A stretch of 64,000 bases of DNA, from positions 23,347 through 87,346 of the forward strand of contig NZ_JBLXFZ010000002.1 in the NCBI RefSeq assembly GCF_048261515.1, read 5' to 3'. The position numbers were made by a program, and so were the translations under genes. This DNA comes from Celeribacter sp. (lineage in GTDB: Bacteria; Pseudomonadota; Alphaproteobacteria; Rhodobacterales; Rhodobacteraceae). The notes beneath the pieces were generated by a model that did not search any database, was not told the DNA's origin, and saw only the letters and a program-made list of their open reading frames with translations. Positions 28,981 to 38,977 of the stretch are shown piece by piece; positions within the stretch are counted from its first letter, which is position 1; every line of letters begins with the position of its first letter.

Positions 28981-29115
28981 CTATCCAATGAAGAGCGACA
29001 GAATATCGGACAAGATGCTGAGCAGATCGTCAGCAAGAACGATCATATTCGCCGCGGCCAAAGCCAAAATTTGAAGGTCGCGTTCTGTACGCGTTTTGTT
29101 GTTTGAAGTCGTCAT
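28981..29115 (-). CDS. 44-aa small protein with a hydrophobic C-terminus
   Basis: MTTSNNKTRTERDLQILALAAANMIVLADDLLSILSDILSLFIG; AGGAG RBS; stop 4 nt before the ATPase start. Confidence 0.55.
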   Translation of the reverse strand: MTTSNNKTRTERDLQILALAAANMIVLADDLLSILSDILSLFIG

Positions 29116-29294
29116 GATGACATCTCCTAATGATGGTAGGAGTCCCGAGTATCGAACTCGGCCGTCCGCGCTCATCTGGCGCCAATTCTCGGGGGTATAA
29201 GACCCGACCGCACACCTGTGCTGACTCCCGTTGCTGGAAGCAGTGCTAATCAACCGATCAGCGTATGGTGTGGATCGTGCTCTTGGTCATCATG
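29116..29294 (-). ncRNA. Structured 5' leader (candidate cis-regulatory RNA)
   Basis: Series of hairpins (GCTGATC/GATTAGC, CTTCC/GGGAG, TCGGG/CCCGA, CCGAGT/ACTCGG) ending in CTCCTA/TAGGAG, which occludes the RBS. Confidence 0.45.
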
Positions 29295-29300
29295 CGGGGT

Positions 29301-29329
29301 ATATGGGATTAAGGTGCATGTTGGTCAAG
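29301..29329 (-). promoter_or_regulatory. sigma70-type promoter
   Basis: CTTGAC-N17-CCATAT, close to the rhizobial RpoD consensus CTTGAC-N17-CTATAT. Confidence 0.55.
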
Positions 29330-29738
29330 GGGAGGAGGAGAAGAGTCAATCTCGTTTTTCCGCAAGACTTTGTTGAACAGATCTGAAGTCAGACGATATG
29401 CCAGTCTCGATTGTGTCCTTCGTCTCAGTGGTCTCGGATCGGAGTGTCTCATGAGCCTGCGCAATTCGACATAGTGTTAAAGCGTCATCATCTCGGCCAG
29501 CTTCGGTTCGGTTCTTCTCATTGTTTTGGCGGTAAAATTTCCCATGGCATGAATGTTTTGAACATTTGCTCTTGCCATTTAAATTATTTGTAGTCACAAA
29601 TTGGACTATACAAATTGGAGTCGACGGATTGCTTGCGCTTTCCTTGGCTTCAGTGGGGCGGCGGTTCGCGTTTGCTGCCGGATTTTTATGGATGGCCTCG
29701 CCGGCCGATGCCCGTTCGCAACTTAGGAGTTTTGCTTC

Positions 29739-30395
29739 ATGACCTTTTCCCCCGATGAGCTGGCAAAGCGGCAAGCCATTATCGATCACTGCATCTTGAT
29801 GAATAGCTCGGGGCTCAATCAAGGGACGTCGGGAAACGTTTCGATCCGTCATGGCGAGGGACTTTTGATCTCACCGACGTCACGTCCCTATGCGAGCCTC
29901 ACACCGGAAGACATCGTCTTTATTGATGGGGACGGGGAGCCGCATGGTCGCTGGAAGCCTTCGACCGAATGGCGTTTCCACCGTGATATTCTCAAGACAC
30001 GCAAGGACGCAAATGCTGTGGTCCATGCGCACCCGACCTACACCACGATCCTTTCGATCCATAACAAAGAGATCCCCGCCATCCACTACATGCTGGCGGT
30101 CTTCGGCGGGCCGAATATTCGCGTTGCTCCCTATGCGATTTACGGAAGCCAAGAGCTTTCCGACAATGCGATTGAGGCACTGGTGGATCGTCAGGCCTGT
30201 ATCCTCGAGCACCACGGCATGATCTCCGTCGGCACCTCGATCCAGCAGGCATTCTGGTACGCGACCGAGCTTGAAACCCTTGCGCGTCAGTATCACGGCG
30301 CCCTGCTTCTGGGTGAGCCGCCTTTGCTTACGGATCAGCAAATTCAGGATGTCATCGACAAAATGGCGGGCTACGGCCTGAGCGACAAAAAATAA
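29739..30395 (+). CDS. Class II aldolase (L-fuculose-phosphate aldolase family)
   Basis: GTSGNVS, PSTEWRFH, HAHP, LEHHGM. Confidence 0.92.
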   Translation: MTFSPDELAKRQAIIDHCILMNSSGLNQGTSGNVSIRHGEGLLISPTSRPYASLTPEDIVFIDGDGEPHGRWKPSTEWRFHRDILKTRKDANAVVHAHPTYTTILSIHNKEIPAIHYMLAVFGGPNIRVAPYAIYGSQELSDNAIEALVDRQACILEHHGMISVGTSIQQAFWYATELETLARQYHGALLLGEPPLLTDQQIQDVIDKMAGYGLSDKK

Positions 30396-30406
30396 GGAGG
30401 CTCTCG

Positions 30407-31357
30407 ATGCCTAAGTACGACTATTCCGCAGTAGGCTTTTCTGTTCTCGATGTGCTGTGCCGCTACGCAGAAGATATGCCCCCTCCAGGTGGCGCGACAT
30501 TCGTGGACGAGATCCAGATGACGGTTGCGGGCACGGCAGCAGCGACGGCTGTTGATTGCGCGATCCTCGGTTTGAATGGCCAGATCGTCACCCGCGTGGG
30601 TCGCGATGACATGGGGAACTACCTCGTCAGCAAAATGGGCGAGTTCGGCATTGATACCTCTTTGGTGCAATATGACGACGACGTGCAGACATCGACCAGC
30701 ATGTTGCCCATCCGTCCTGACGGATCACGCAGCGGCTTTTTCGTTCCGGGCACGTCCGATACATTGGAGATCGGCCCCGAGCTTTGGGATGACGTTCTCG
30801 ACGCAGACATCATCCACCTCGGTGGCACGGGTCTGCTTGCAGCCTTTGACGGGGAGCCATCGGTTGCCTTGTTGAAGCGCGCGAAAGTGCTGGGTCGCAC
30901 GACTGTGTTCGATCTTATTCAGGCCAATCCCGAGACTATCGCCAAGGTCAATCCGCTTCTTCCGTACATTGACTACTTCGTGCCTTCCATCGTGGAGGCC
31001 GCAGCGATGGCCGGTGTCGATGATCCCGCAGAAGTCGCGCGTTGGTTCAAATCCAAGGGCGTCAAGAATGCGATCCTGACATTGGAAGGCGACGGCGTTT
31101 GGGTCGATCCCGAATTCGGTGAAGCGTTCCATCTGCCTGCACACAAGATCGACGTGGTCGACACGACGGGGTGCGGCGACAGCTTTACTGCGGGTATTAT
31201 CGTTGGCCTGTCCAAAGGGTGGGATATCCGCGAATGCGCTCGCTTCGCAAACGCAGTGGCTGCGAATGTCGCGCTCGGCTTGGGTTCCCAAGGCAAGCTG
31301 ACTTCGTTCGATGCCACCATCGAGGCCATGAACTCATGGCCTGTGCGCGACGCATAG
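30407..31357 (+). CDS. PfkB/ribokinase-family carbohydrate kinase
   Basis: AGTAAATA, VGRDDMG, DTTGCGDSFTAG. Confidence 0.92.
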   Translation: MPKYDYSAVGFSVLDVLCRYAEDMPPPGGATFVDEIQMTVAGTAAATAVDCAILGLNGQIVTRVGRDDMGNYLVSKMGEFGIDTSLVQYDDDVQTSTSMLPIRPDGSRSGFFVPGTSDTLEIGPELWDDVLDADIIHLGGTGLLAAFDGEPSVALLKRAKVLGRTTVFDLIQANPETIAKVNPLLPYIDYFVPSIVEAAAMAGVDDPAEVARWFKSKGVKNAILTLEGDGVWVDPEFGEAFHLPAHKIDVVDTTGCGDSFTAGIIVGLSKGWDIRECARFANAVAANVALGLGSQGKLTSFDATIEAMNSWPVRDA

Positions 31358-31390
31358 TCTGCACACAGCATAAAATTTTGGGAGGAAAAC

Positions 31391-32146
31391 ATGCTACTGG
31401 ACGGAAAAACGGCACTGGTAACAGGTGCATCGCGCGGTATCGGCGCGGAGATCGCAATCGGGCTGGCGGAGCAGGGGGCGGACGTCGCCATCACTGATCT
31501 GGCGAGCCAGTCTGTCGATCTGGCCAAGGTTCAAGCCGCAATCGAAGCGGCAGGGCGGACCTGCTACAACCATGCACTTGATGTGACATCCAAATCGTCC
31601 ATCGAGGACGTTTTTGCAGCAGTCACAGAGACCGCTGGCGGTATCGATATCCTTGTGAATAACGCGGGTATTCTTGTGCCCAAGCGTCTTGAGGAACTCG
31701 ACGAAGCCACATGGGATGCGCATTTCGACGTGAATGCGAAGGGCATTTTGCTCTGCACGAACGCCGTTCTTCCGCAAATGCGTGCGCGCAAACAGGGGCG
31801 GATCATCAACATCGCCTCTATCGCGGGACGCCAAGGCTCTCCGACCCAAGGCCACTATGCGGCGACGAAGTCTACTGCGATCACCCTGACGCGTGTTTAC
31901 GCGCAGGAAGTTGGCATGGACGGCATCACCGTTAACGCGATTTGCCCCGGTATTATCCTGACGGAAATGGGCAAAGAGAACCTCGGAAGCCAAGAAGAGA
32001 TCGACCATTGGTCCAATGTCGCCGCACTCAAGCGTCTTGGCGATCCCAAGGATGTTGTCGGTCCTGTGGCGTTCCTCGGCTCCGATCTGTCGAACTTCGT
32101 GACGGGTCAATCCATCAACGTCTGTGGCGGAATCTACTTCCACTAA
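31391..32146 (+). CDS. SDR family oxidoreductase
   Basis: TGASRGIG, NNAG, YAATK. Confidence 0.93.
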   Translation: MLLDGKTALVTGASRGIGAEIAIGLAEQGADVAITDLASQSVDLAKVQAAIEAAGRTCYNHALDVTSKSSIEDVFAAVTETAGGIDILVNNAGILVPKRLEELDEATWDAHFDVNAKGILLCTNAVLPQMRARKQGRIINIASIAGRQGSPTQGHYAATKSTAITLTRVYAQEVGMDGITVNAICPGIILTEMGKENLGSQEEIDHWSNVAALKRLGDPKDVVGPVAFLGSDLSNFVTGQSINVCGGIYFH

Positions 32147-32291
32147 GTGAAACGCGAGGCTGGCCGTGTGAGTGGCTGGCCTCCCGATACTATCCCGCTC
32201 GCCCTCTTTCGGAGACCTTCATGTGTCACACAGCATCAGCCTGCATAACACACGTCACGGTCTGTCTTTCTCGGACAGGGTGGGCGGACGC

Positions 32292-33482
32292 ATGAGCGCC
32301 GTCGCCTCCGCATCGAGAGCAATCCCGCGCGGCTTCGTGATGCGTCACGCTATGGCCCAACTGATCATGTGGTCAGCCTTCTACTATCTCTTGCCCGCCA
32401 TCCTGCCGCATATGCTTGCGGGCACGGGGTGGTCTGGCGTGGTTGTGTCGGGGGCGTTTACGGCGGTTTTTCTGTTCTGGGCGGTGCTGTCGCCTGTCGC
32501 GGGCGCAATCATTGATCGTGGGTATGGCGCGGTTGCGATGCGTCTGGCGGGAGGCCTTGGTGCGTTTTTGCTGCTGATCTTCTCGGTGGTGCAGAGCCAG
32601 ACCTTGGCGCTTGGAATTCTCGTCGTGTTGGGGCTTCCCATGGCGATGACCCTCTATGATCCCTGTTTTAGTCTTATGATTACGCGCTTTGGCGCGGGTC
32701 AGTCGTCGCGGCGTGCGATTACGGTTGTCACGCTTGTTGCGGGTCTTGCAACGCTGCTGACATTTCCTTTGGTGGCGTGGCTTGCGTCAGCGGGTATGGA
32801 CTGGCGCTGGATCGTCCGCGTTTTTGCCGTCCTCGTTTGCATTGCCGTGGCGATTATGCCCGCCGATGGGGTTGTGCGAAGCGTCGCTCCTCGGCCTGAC
32901 GGGGTACTAACACATTCGGGCGGAAAATCCCGTGCGATGGCTATCGGAATGGCCTTTGCCTTGGTGATGCTCGGACATGCGCTTCTGTTGTTCCAGCTTC
33001 CGCTTCAACTGGCAAAGCTGACTGACGGGGATGCCGCCCTCATGCTGCCGATGGTCTTGGGGCCTGCGCAGATATTCGGGCGTTTGGTTTGGGGTGCGCT
33101 CTTGGGGCGGATGGCATTGGATCGCGCGGCGATCGTGCTCTTCGGCTTCATGATTTTGCCGCCGCTTATGCTCTTTATGACTTCGGGTCTGACCGTCGCT
33201 CTGATCGCTCTTATCATCCAGGGCGCGGGTTTTGGTGTGCAGACGGTTATCCGTCCGATGCTTTCGGCACAGTGGATCCCTGAAACGGGTTTCGCGCAGC
33301 AGCTTGGCCTGATCGCGATGATCGGACTTCTCTTCATGGCACTCGCGCCTGTTCTGGGCGCATGGGTCGCCGCGGCATCGGGCGTCACGGGACTTGTCGC
33401 AATGGTTCTCGCGGTAGATCTGGCTGGTCTGGCACTGTTGCTAGGGTTGGTCGTTACCGCACGCAGGGAGGCTTGGGCGTGA
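32292..33482 (+). CDS. MFS transporter
   Basis: About 12 hydrophobic segments; GAIIDRGYG loop; LYDPCF; start moved to ATG 32292. Confidence 0.8.
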   Translation: MSAVASASRAIPRGFVMRHAMAQLIMWSAFYYLLPAILPHMLAGTGWSGVVVSGAFTAVFLFWAVLSPVAGAIIDRGYGAVAMRLAGGLGAFLLLIFSVVQSQTLALGILVVLGLPMAMTLYDPCFSLMITRFGAGQSSRRAITVVTLVAGLATLLTFPLVAWLASAGMDWRWIVRVFAVLVCIAVAIMPADGVVRSVAPRPDGVLTHSGGKSRAMAIGMAFALVMLGHALLLFQLPLQLAKLTDGDAALMLPMVLGPAQIFGRLVWGALLGRMALDRAAIVLFGFMILPPLMLFMTSGLTVALIALIIQGAGFGVQTVIRPMLSAQWIPETGFAQQLGLIAMIGLLFMALAPVLGAWVAAASGVTGLVAMVLAVDLAGLALLLGLVVTARREAWA

Positions 33483-34642
33483 TGGGTGTTGTCGTAGCAG
33501 GTGGCGCCATGACGCCGTTCAATCGTCGCAAGGATGCAAGCTCCTATCGCGACTGGTGCGCTGACGCCTTTCACGGGGCCTGCATGGATGCGGGGCTGGA
33601 TACGTCAGATATCGACGCGCTGGTTGTCGCCATCGAAAGCGATTTCTTCTCCCTGCAACTCAATCCAGCAGCACTTGTCGCGGATCACCTCGGACTGCGC
33701 GACATTCATGTCCAGCGCGTCGAAGGGGGCGGGGCCACGGGGCATTTGGCCGTGCAGGCAGGTGCCGCGCTCGTCGCCTCGGGGCAGGCACGCCGCGTTG
33801 CGGTTCTGGGGTTCGAGGGATCGGCCTCCCATCTTCCGCCCGCGTCGATGAGCCTGCTCTATGCCATGTCATATGACGCATGGGCGGAGGGGATGATCGA
33901 GATCGGTTCAGCCTCCATCTATGCTTTGTCCGCGCTTGCCTATATGGCGCAAACAGGTGCGACATCCGAAGATTTCGCAGGCATCGCCGCGCGCAACCAT
34001 CAAAATGCGCGTTTAAATCCGAAGGCACATTTGCCACTGGATGTGAGCGTGGCCGATGTACTGGCCTCGCCAATGGTGTCGTCACCTTACCGTCGTCTGG
34101 ATTGCTCTCCCTTGAGCGATGGCGCGGCCTGTGTTGTGCTTGCGCGGCCTGACGCTCTTCCTGAGGTGGGCAAGGGGCGTGCGACACTGGCGGGTACAGC
34201 CGTTGCAAATGATCTGGTACGGTTGGGGGATCGACCCGATGTTGGGCGTTTCCGCGCGAAAACCACGGCCGCACAGCGTGCCTATGCGCAGGCGGGCTGC
34301 CGTCCGAGCGACATTGGCGTGGCCGAAGTTTATGACAGTTTCTCGGGCGCGCAGCTTCAAGCATTGGATGCATTGGGTGTGGTCGAGGATGCGGTGGCAT
34401 CCGAGCGCAACGGGCATTTCGCCGCCGATGGAGCGCTTCCCGTGAACCTCTCGGGCGGGCTGTTGGGGCAGGGGGCGCCTGTCGGGGCAACGGGCGTTGC
34501 GCAAGTGCTGACTGCCGCCCTGCAACTTGAGGGGCGCTACGAAGGTTTGCGCCCGCAGACACCACCTCGTTTTGCTCTTGTTGATACTCATGGCGGGGTT
34601 GCCACCCTGTGTGCGGTCTCCGTTTTGGAGGCGCCCCGATGA
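33482..34642 (+). CDS. Thiolase-family protein (SCP2/non-specific lipid-transfer type)
   Basis: NHQNARLNPKAH, CSPLSDGAAC, AEVYDSF, NLSGGLLGQGAPVGATG; the usual N-terminal catalytic Cys position reads GGATG. Confidence 0.85.
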   Translation: MGVVVAGGAMTPFNRRKDASSYRDWCADAFHGACMDAGLDTSDIDALVVAIESDFFSLQLNPAALVADHLGLRDIHVQRVEGGGATGHLAVQAGAALVASGQARRVAVLGFEGSASHLPPASMSLLYAMSYDAWAEGMIEIGSASIYALSALAYMAQTGATSEDFAGIAARNHQNARLNPKAHLPLDVSVADVLASPMVSSPYRRLDCSPLSDGAACVVLARPDALPEVGKGRATLAGTAVANDLVRLGDRPDVGRFRAKTTAAQRAYAQAGCRPSDIGVAEVYDSFSGAQLQALDALGVVEDAVASERNGHFAADGALPVNLSGGLLGQGAPVGATGVAQVLTAALQLEGRYEGLRPQTPPRFALVDTHGGVATLCAVSVLEAPR

Positions 34643-35004
34643 AGTATCACCTCGTACTTGATTACACCCTCGCGACAGGTCGCTTGTCGCCTTTCTTTAC
34701 CGCTTTGGCTGAAGGGCGGGCCTGTGCCAGCTCCTGCATGTCCTGCGGACAGACAGCCTTTCCGCCGCGCGCGACATGCGCGGCCTGCCACGCTGACGGG
34801 TTCGACTGGGTGGACCTGACGGGGGAGGCAGAGGTGCTTCACATCACGCATACGGCAGATTCCGCATTCGCATTGGTGCAATTCGACGGGGCGGACACAA
34901 CCGCGCTCGTCAGGATTGCGCATGACCAGACAGAGGGAACGCGCGGACGGCTCGTGCGCTCCGAAAATGAAACGGGCCTGTGGCTAGAGATCACGGCGTC
35001 TTAG
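34639..35004 (+). CDS. DUF35-type Zn-ribbon/OB-fold protein (thiolase partner)
   Basis: CMSCGQTAFPPRATCAAC; overlaps the thiolase stop. Confidence 0.85.
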   Translation: MKYHLVLDYTLATGRLSPFFTALAEGRACASSCMSCGQTAFPPRATCAACHADGFDWVDLTGEAEVLHITHTADSAFALVQFDGADTTALVRIAHDQTEGTRGRLVRSENETGLWLEITAS

Positions 35005-35016
35005 GAGGAAAAAGAG

Positions 35017-36669
35017 ATGTTTACGGATTGGACTGCGGATCAACTCGCACATATCGGTTTGAAACGGGCAGAGACGGGTGTCGAGATCGACATTCCCGAG
35101 GATGCTAATATCTACGCCATGACGGTTGGCAGGCAGATCGCAGAGGGGCGCGCGGATGCGCCTGCGATGGTGTTCGAAAAGCCCGATGGCACGTTGGAGC
35201 ATTGGAGCTTCGGGCAGGTTGATGACGCCGCCACAGCTCTCGCCGCACGGCTTCGTGCTCTCGGTTACGGGCAGGGCGACTACATCGGGCTGCACACGGG
35301 AATGCGCCCCGAAACCGCCATTGCTCATATGGCCGTGTGCAAACTCGGTGGTGTTGCGGTGACGCTTTCGCAACTTTACGGCCCCGACGCCCTGTCCCAT
35401 GCGCTCAACCATTGCGGCGCACGTTGCCTGCTGACGTCCGAGCAAGGTTGGTCGGGCTTGCGTGCTGACGCGAAAAGCCTCTTCCCCGATCTCGCGCACG
35501 TTCTCGTGGCCGATTGCGAAGGGTCCGAAGAAAACCTCGGTGATGTTCTGGCCTCAGACGCGCCTGCCGATTTCGAGCCCGCCTTCACGGGCGCGGACGA
35601 TACGGCGCTCTTGATGTATACCTCCGGTTCGACGGGGATGCCGAAAGGTATCCGTCACGGTCACCGCGTGCTGGCGTCCTACCGTCCGTCGATCAACCTC
35701 TTTTTCAATCTCAGCATGTATGACGAGGATGCTGTATTCTGGTCGCCGTCCGATTGGGCGTGGGTTGGCGGATTGCTCGATATGCTCTTCCCCGCGTGGA
35801 TGGCGGGGTGTCCTGTGGTCACTGCTGAAGCGCGGTTCAAGGCCGAATGGGCCTACGACTTCATGGCGCGCCACAAGATCACGCACACCTTCCTTGCTCC
35901 GACCGCGATCAAACGTCTGGCACAAACGTCCAATCCGCGTGACACCTACGATTTGTCGCTGCGCGTGATTTGCACGGGCGGTGAGGCACTGGCTGCGGAT
36001 ACGCTGGCATGGGCCGAGGACGAGCTTGGCGTTGTGTGCAACGAGTTCTACGGCATGACCGAGGTCAACCACCTCATCGGCAACTGTGCAGCGCTTTACC
36101 CGCGTCGCCCCGGTTCGATGGGCGTGGCCTATCCGGGCCATGTGGTGAAGCTGGTCGATGCGGATGGCAACGAGGTTCCCGATGGCGAAGAGGGTGAAAT
36201 CGTCACCCCCGCCACGGCTCCCACGCGCTACTTGGGCTATCTCAAGAACGAGCAGAAGGAATCCGAGCTACGTCTTGGTGACTGGATGCGGACCTTCGAC
36301 TTGGCTGTGCGCGATGAAGACGGATACTTCTGGTATAAAGGGCGCTCCGACGATCTCATCAAATCCTCGGGCTTCCGCATTGGACCTGCCGAGATCGAAA
36401 GCTGTTTGCTGGCCCACCCCGATGTCGCCGAGGTTGCCGTGATTGGCAAGCCCGACGCCGACCGTGGCCAGATCGTCAAAGCCTTCGTGCGTCTGGCAAA
36501 GGGCGCGAGCGCCGAGGATGACCTTGTGAAGGCGCTGCAAAACCACGTGCGTGAGCGCCTCGCCGCCTACAAGGCACCGCGCGAAATCGCCTTTGTCGAC
36601 AGTTTTGAAATGACGTCCTCCGGAAAAATCAATCGCCGCGCTTTGCGCAATGCTGAAGCCGCCGCCTGA
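35017..36669 (+). CDS. AMP-forming acyl-CoA synthetase
   Basis: YTSGSTGMPKG, YGMTE, GRSDDLIKSSGFRIGPAEIE, SSGKI. Confidence 0.93.
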   Translation: MFTDWTADQLAHIGLKRAETGVEIDIPEDANIYAMTVGRQIAEGRADAPAMVFEKPDGTLEHWSFGQVDDAATALAARLRALGYGQGDYIGLHTGMRPETAIAHMAVCKLGGVAVTLSQLYGPDALSHALNHCGARCLLTSEQGWSGLRADAKSLFPDLAHVLVADCEGSEENLGDVLASDAPADFEPAFTGADDTALLMYTSGSTGMPKGIRHGHRVLASYRPSINLFFNLSMYDEDAVFWSPSDWAWVGGLLDMLFPAWMAGCPVVTAEARFKAEWAYDFMARHKITHTFLAPTAIKRLAQTSNPRDTYDLSLRVICTGGEALAADTLAWAEDELGVVCNEFYGMTEVNHLIGNCAALYPRRPGSMGVAYPGHVVKLVDADGNEVPDGEEGEIVTPATAPTRYLGYLKNEQKESELRLGDWMRTFDLAVRDEDGYFWYKGRSDDLIKSSGFRIGPAEIESCLLAHPDVAEVAVIGKPDADRGQIVKAFVRLAKGASAEDDLVKALQNHVRERLAAYKAPREIAFVDSFEMTSSGKINRRALRNAEAAA

Positions 36670-36706
36670 GTGGCGCCACCAGAAGCCGAGATGAAAAGGA
36701 AATAAG

Positions 36707-38176
36707 ATGAAGATGATCCAACTCCTACCCGAAGTGGCTGCCTTTCTCGATGCTACGCAGGGGCTGCGCATTGATGGTGAACAGATCGAAACCTCGGAAA
36801 CCATCTCGGTCGAGAACCCGTCCGACTGCTCGATTTTGGCGCAGGTTGCCTGTGCTGACGCAGGTCACGTCGATCAGGCCGTTTCCGCCGCGCGTCAGGC
36901 TCTAAACGGTCCGTGGGCGCGTTTGACGCCTCACGATCGCGGGCAGCTTCTGTGGAAACTCGCGGATGCGATCGAAGAACGAAAAGACGTTTTCGGACAG
37001 TTGGACGCTTTAGACAACGGCAAGCCCTTTGCTCATGCGCGGGACGTGGATGCGGTTTGGTCGGCCCGTCATTTCCGCTATTTCGCGGGTTGGCCGAGCA
37101 AGATCCAAGGTGCGACCATTCCCGTCTCGACGCCGGATCGGTTCAACTTTACCCGCATCGAACCTGTTGGCGTCTGTGGTATCATCACTCCGTGGAACTA
37201 TCCCACGCTGATGGTCGCATGGAAACTGGCGCCCGCTTTGGCGGCGGGGAACACAATTGTTCTCAAGCCTGCCGAGCAAACCCCGTTGAGTGCGCTCTAT
37301 CTCGCGGATCTGGCACTTGAGGTCGGGTTCCCCAAAGGGGTTCTGAACGTCATTCCAGGTTATGGGCGTGACGCAGGGGCTGCACTCGCGGCACACAATG
37401 GTGTGGATAAGGTCGGCTTCACGGGGTCCACGGAAACGGGGCGTCGGATCGTTGAGGCGTCAGCGGGTAATCTTAAGAAGGTCTCGTTGGAGCTTGGCGG
37501 TAAAGCGGCGAACATCCTGTTCGACGATGCTGATTTGTCGAAGGCTATTCCTGGTGCGTTCTGGGCGCTGTTTGGCAACAACGGTCAGTCGTGTACTGCG
37601 GGCGCGCGTTTGTATGTCCATCGCTCGAAAATGGATGAAGTTCTTGAAGGGCTACAAGAGCTGGCTAACGGTTTGAGCATTGGTCCGGGGATGGCGCAGG
37701 ACGCACATGCGCTTGGTCCCGTTATCTCCGAGCCTCAGATGACCAAGGTTCTCGGCTATATCGAAAGCGGTCGCGCCGATGGTGGCGAGATTGTCGCGGG
37801 TGGCGCACGTCAGGGCAACAGCGGCTATTTCGTGCAGCCCACCGTTATCGCGGGCGTGCGGGACGACATGGCCGTTGCGCGTGAAGAAATCTTCGGTCCC
37901 GTTCTGAGTGTTCTTCCCTTCGAGGATGAGGATGACGTTTTGGCGCGTGCGAACGACACGGTCTACGGGCTGGCGGCTGGTTGTTGGACCCAAGACATCA
38001 GCCGCGCAAATCGCATGGCGGCGGGTCTCAAGGCGGGAACGATCTGGATCAACTGCTGGGGAGACACCGATGCGGCCTCTCCCTTCGGCGGAATGGGACA
38101 AAGCGGTTACGGCCGCGAAATGGGGCCAGACGCTCTGGCGCTCTACACGCAGACGAAGAGTGTCTGGCAAGGTTAA
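36707..38176 (+). CDS. NAD-dependent aldehyde dehydrogenase
   Basis: PWNYP, FTGS, LELGGK, GQSCTAG, EEIFGPV. Confidence 0.95.
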   Translation: MKMIQLLPEVAAFLDATQGLRIDGEQIETSETISVENPSDCSILAQVACADAGHVDQAVSAARQALNGPWARLTPHDRGQLLWKLADAIEERKDVFGQLDALDNGKPFAHARDVDAVWSARHFRYFAGWPSKIQGATIPVSTPDRFNFTRIEPVGVCGIITPWNYPTLMVAWKLAPALAAGNTIVLKPAEQTPLSALYLADLALEVGFPKGVLNVIPGYGRDAGAALAAHNGVDKVGFTGSTETGRRIVEASAGNLKKVSLELGGKAANILFDDADLSKAIPGAFWALFGNNGQSCTAGARLYVHRSKMDEVLEGLQELANGLSIGPGMAQDAHALGPVISEPQMTKVLGYIESGRADGGEIVAGGARQGNSGYFVQPTVIAGVRDDMAVAREEIFGPVLSVLPFEDEDDVLARANDTVYGLAAGCWTQDISRANRMAAGLKAGTIWINCWGDTDAASPFGGMGQSGYGREMGPDALALYTQTKSVWQG

Positions 38177-38224
38177 CGAATGCATGATTTGATGCCGCGA
38201 GTTTAGCATCGGGAGTAAAACAGT

Positions 38225-38962
38225 ATGAAAAACCCAACGATCCCAAAGTATAAGATGGTTCATGACGAACTACTCAAGCGCTTGAAGGCGGGGATGTATT
38301 CCGTCGGTACACGCTTGCCCTCGGAAGACGCCTTGGCGCGGTCTTTCGGTGTCAGCCGTCTAACAGCGCGTCGTGCGCTGGAGCCATTGGTAGATGCCGG
38401 TTATCTGGTGTCGCGACAGGGCAGTGGCTATCTCGTCAACACCCTGTCGCCGCCAGAAACAACCTGCCTGACCTCATTTACGGATATGGTTCTGCGCGAC
38501 GGTCAGATTCCGGGCGCACGTCTGATTGAAATTCGTGAGCGTGATGACGAGCCGCCGCACGAAGTGACCTCGTTGTTCAATGAACCCGTGGCACTCATTC
38601 GGCGTCTACGAACGGTGGATGGTGTACCCACACTGTTGGTGAGCACTTGGCTGCCTTGTCGTTTGGTCGAGGGGATGAGCCCCGAAGACTTCCCGCAAGA
38701 GGGGCAGGACCAGTCAATCCTGCGCATTCTGTCGGAGCGGTTCAATCTCGATTGGGGGCGTGCCTGTGAAACCATTGGACCGTGCGCGGCTCCCGAAGAC
38801 GCGGCGGAACATCTCGGTATCGAGGAGAACACGCCAATCCTGTCGCAGGCCTGCACCGCGTTCGACAGCGATCACAACCCTGTCTTTTTCGATCAGGTCT
38901 ACCGCGTTGGCCCTGTCACTTTCAATCTCGTCGGAGCGCAAAGATCCTCCGACACGATCTAA
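38225..38962 (+). CDS. GntR family regulator (HutC/UTRA)
   Basis: LPSEDALARSFGVSRLTARRAL wHTH plus UTRA-like C-terminus. Confidence 0.9.
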   Translation: MKNPTIPKYKMVHDELLKRLKAGMYSVGTRLPSEDALARSFGVSRLTARRALEPLVDAGYLVSRQGSGYLVNTLSPPETTCLTSFTDMVLRDGQIPGARLIEIRERDDEPPHEVTSLFNEPVALIRRLRTVDGVPTLLVSTWLPCRLVEGMSPEDFPQEGQDQSILRILSERFNLDWGRACETIGPCAAPEDAAEHLGIEENTPILSQACTAFDSDHNPVFFDQVYRVGPVTFNLVGAQRSSDTI

Positions 38963-38977
38963 AGAAGGAACAAATAT

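Noticed and set aside
15810-29115. CRISPR-associated transposon (CAST) interpretation
   Set aside because: No tnsA/B/C or tniQ, and Cas3 nuclease is intact
29346-29852. 168-aa minus-strand ORF
   Set aside because: It overlaps the aldolase promoter and start and has no motif; at most a decayed fragment
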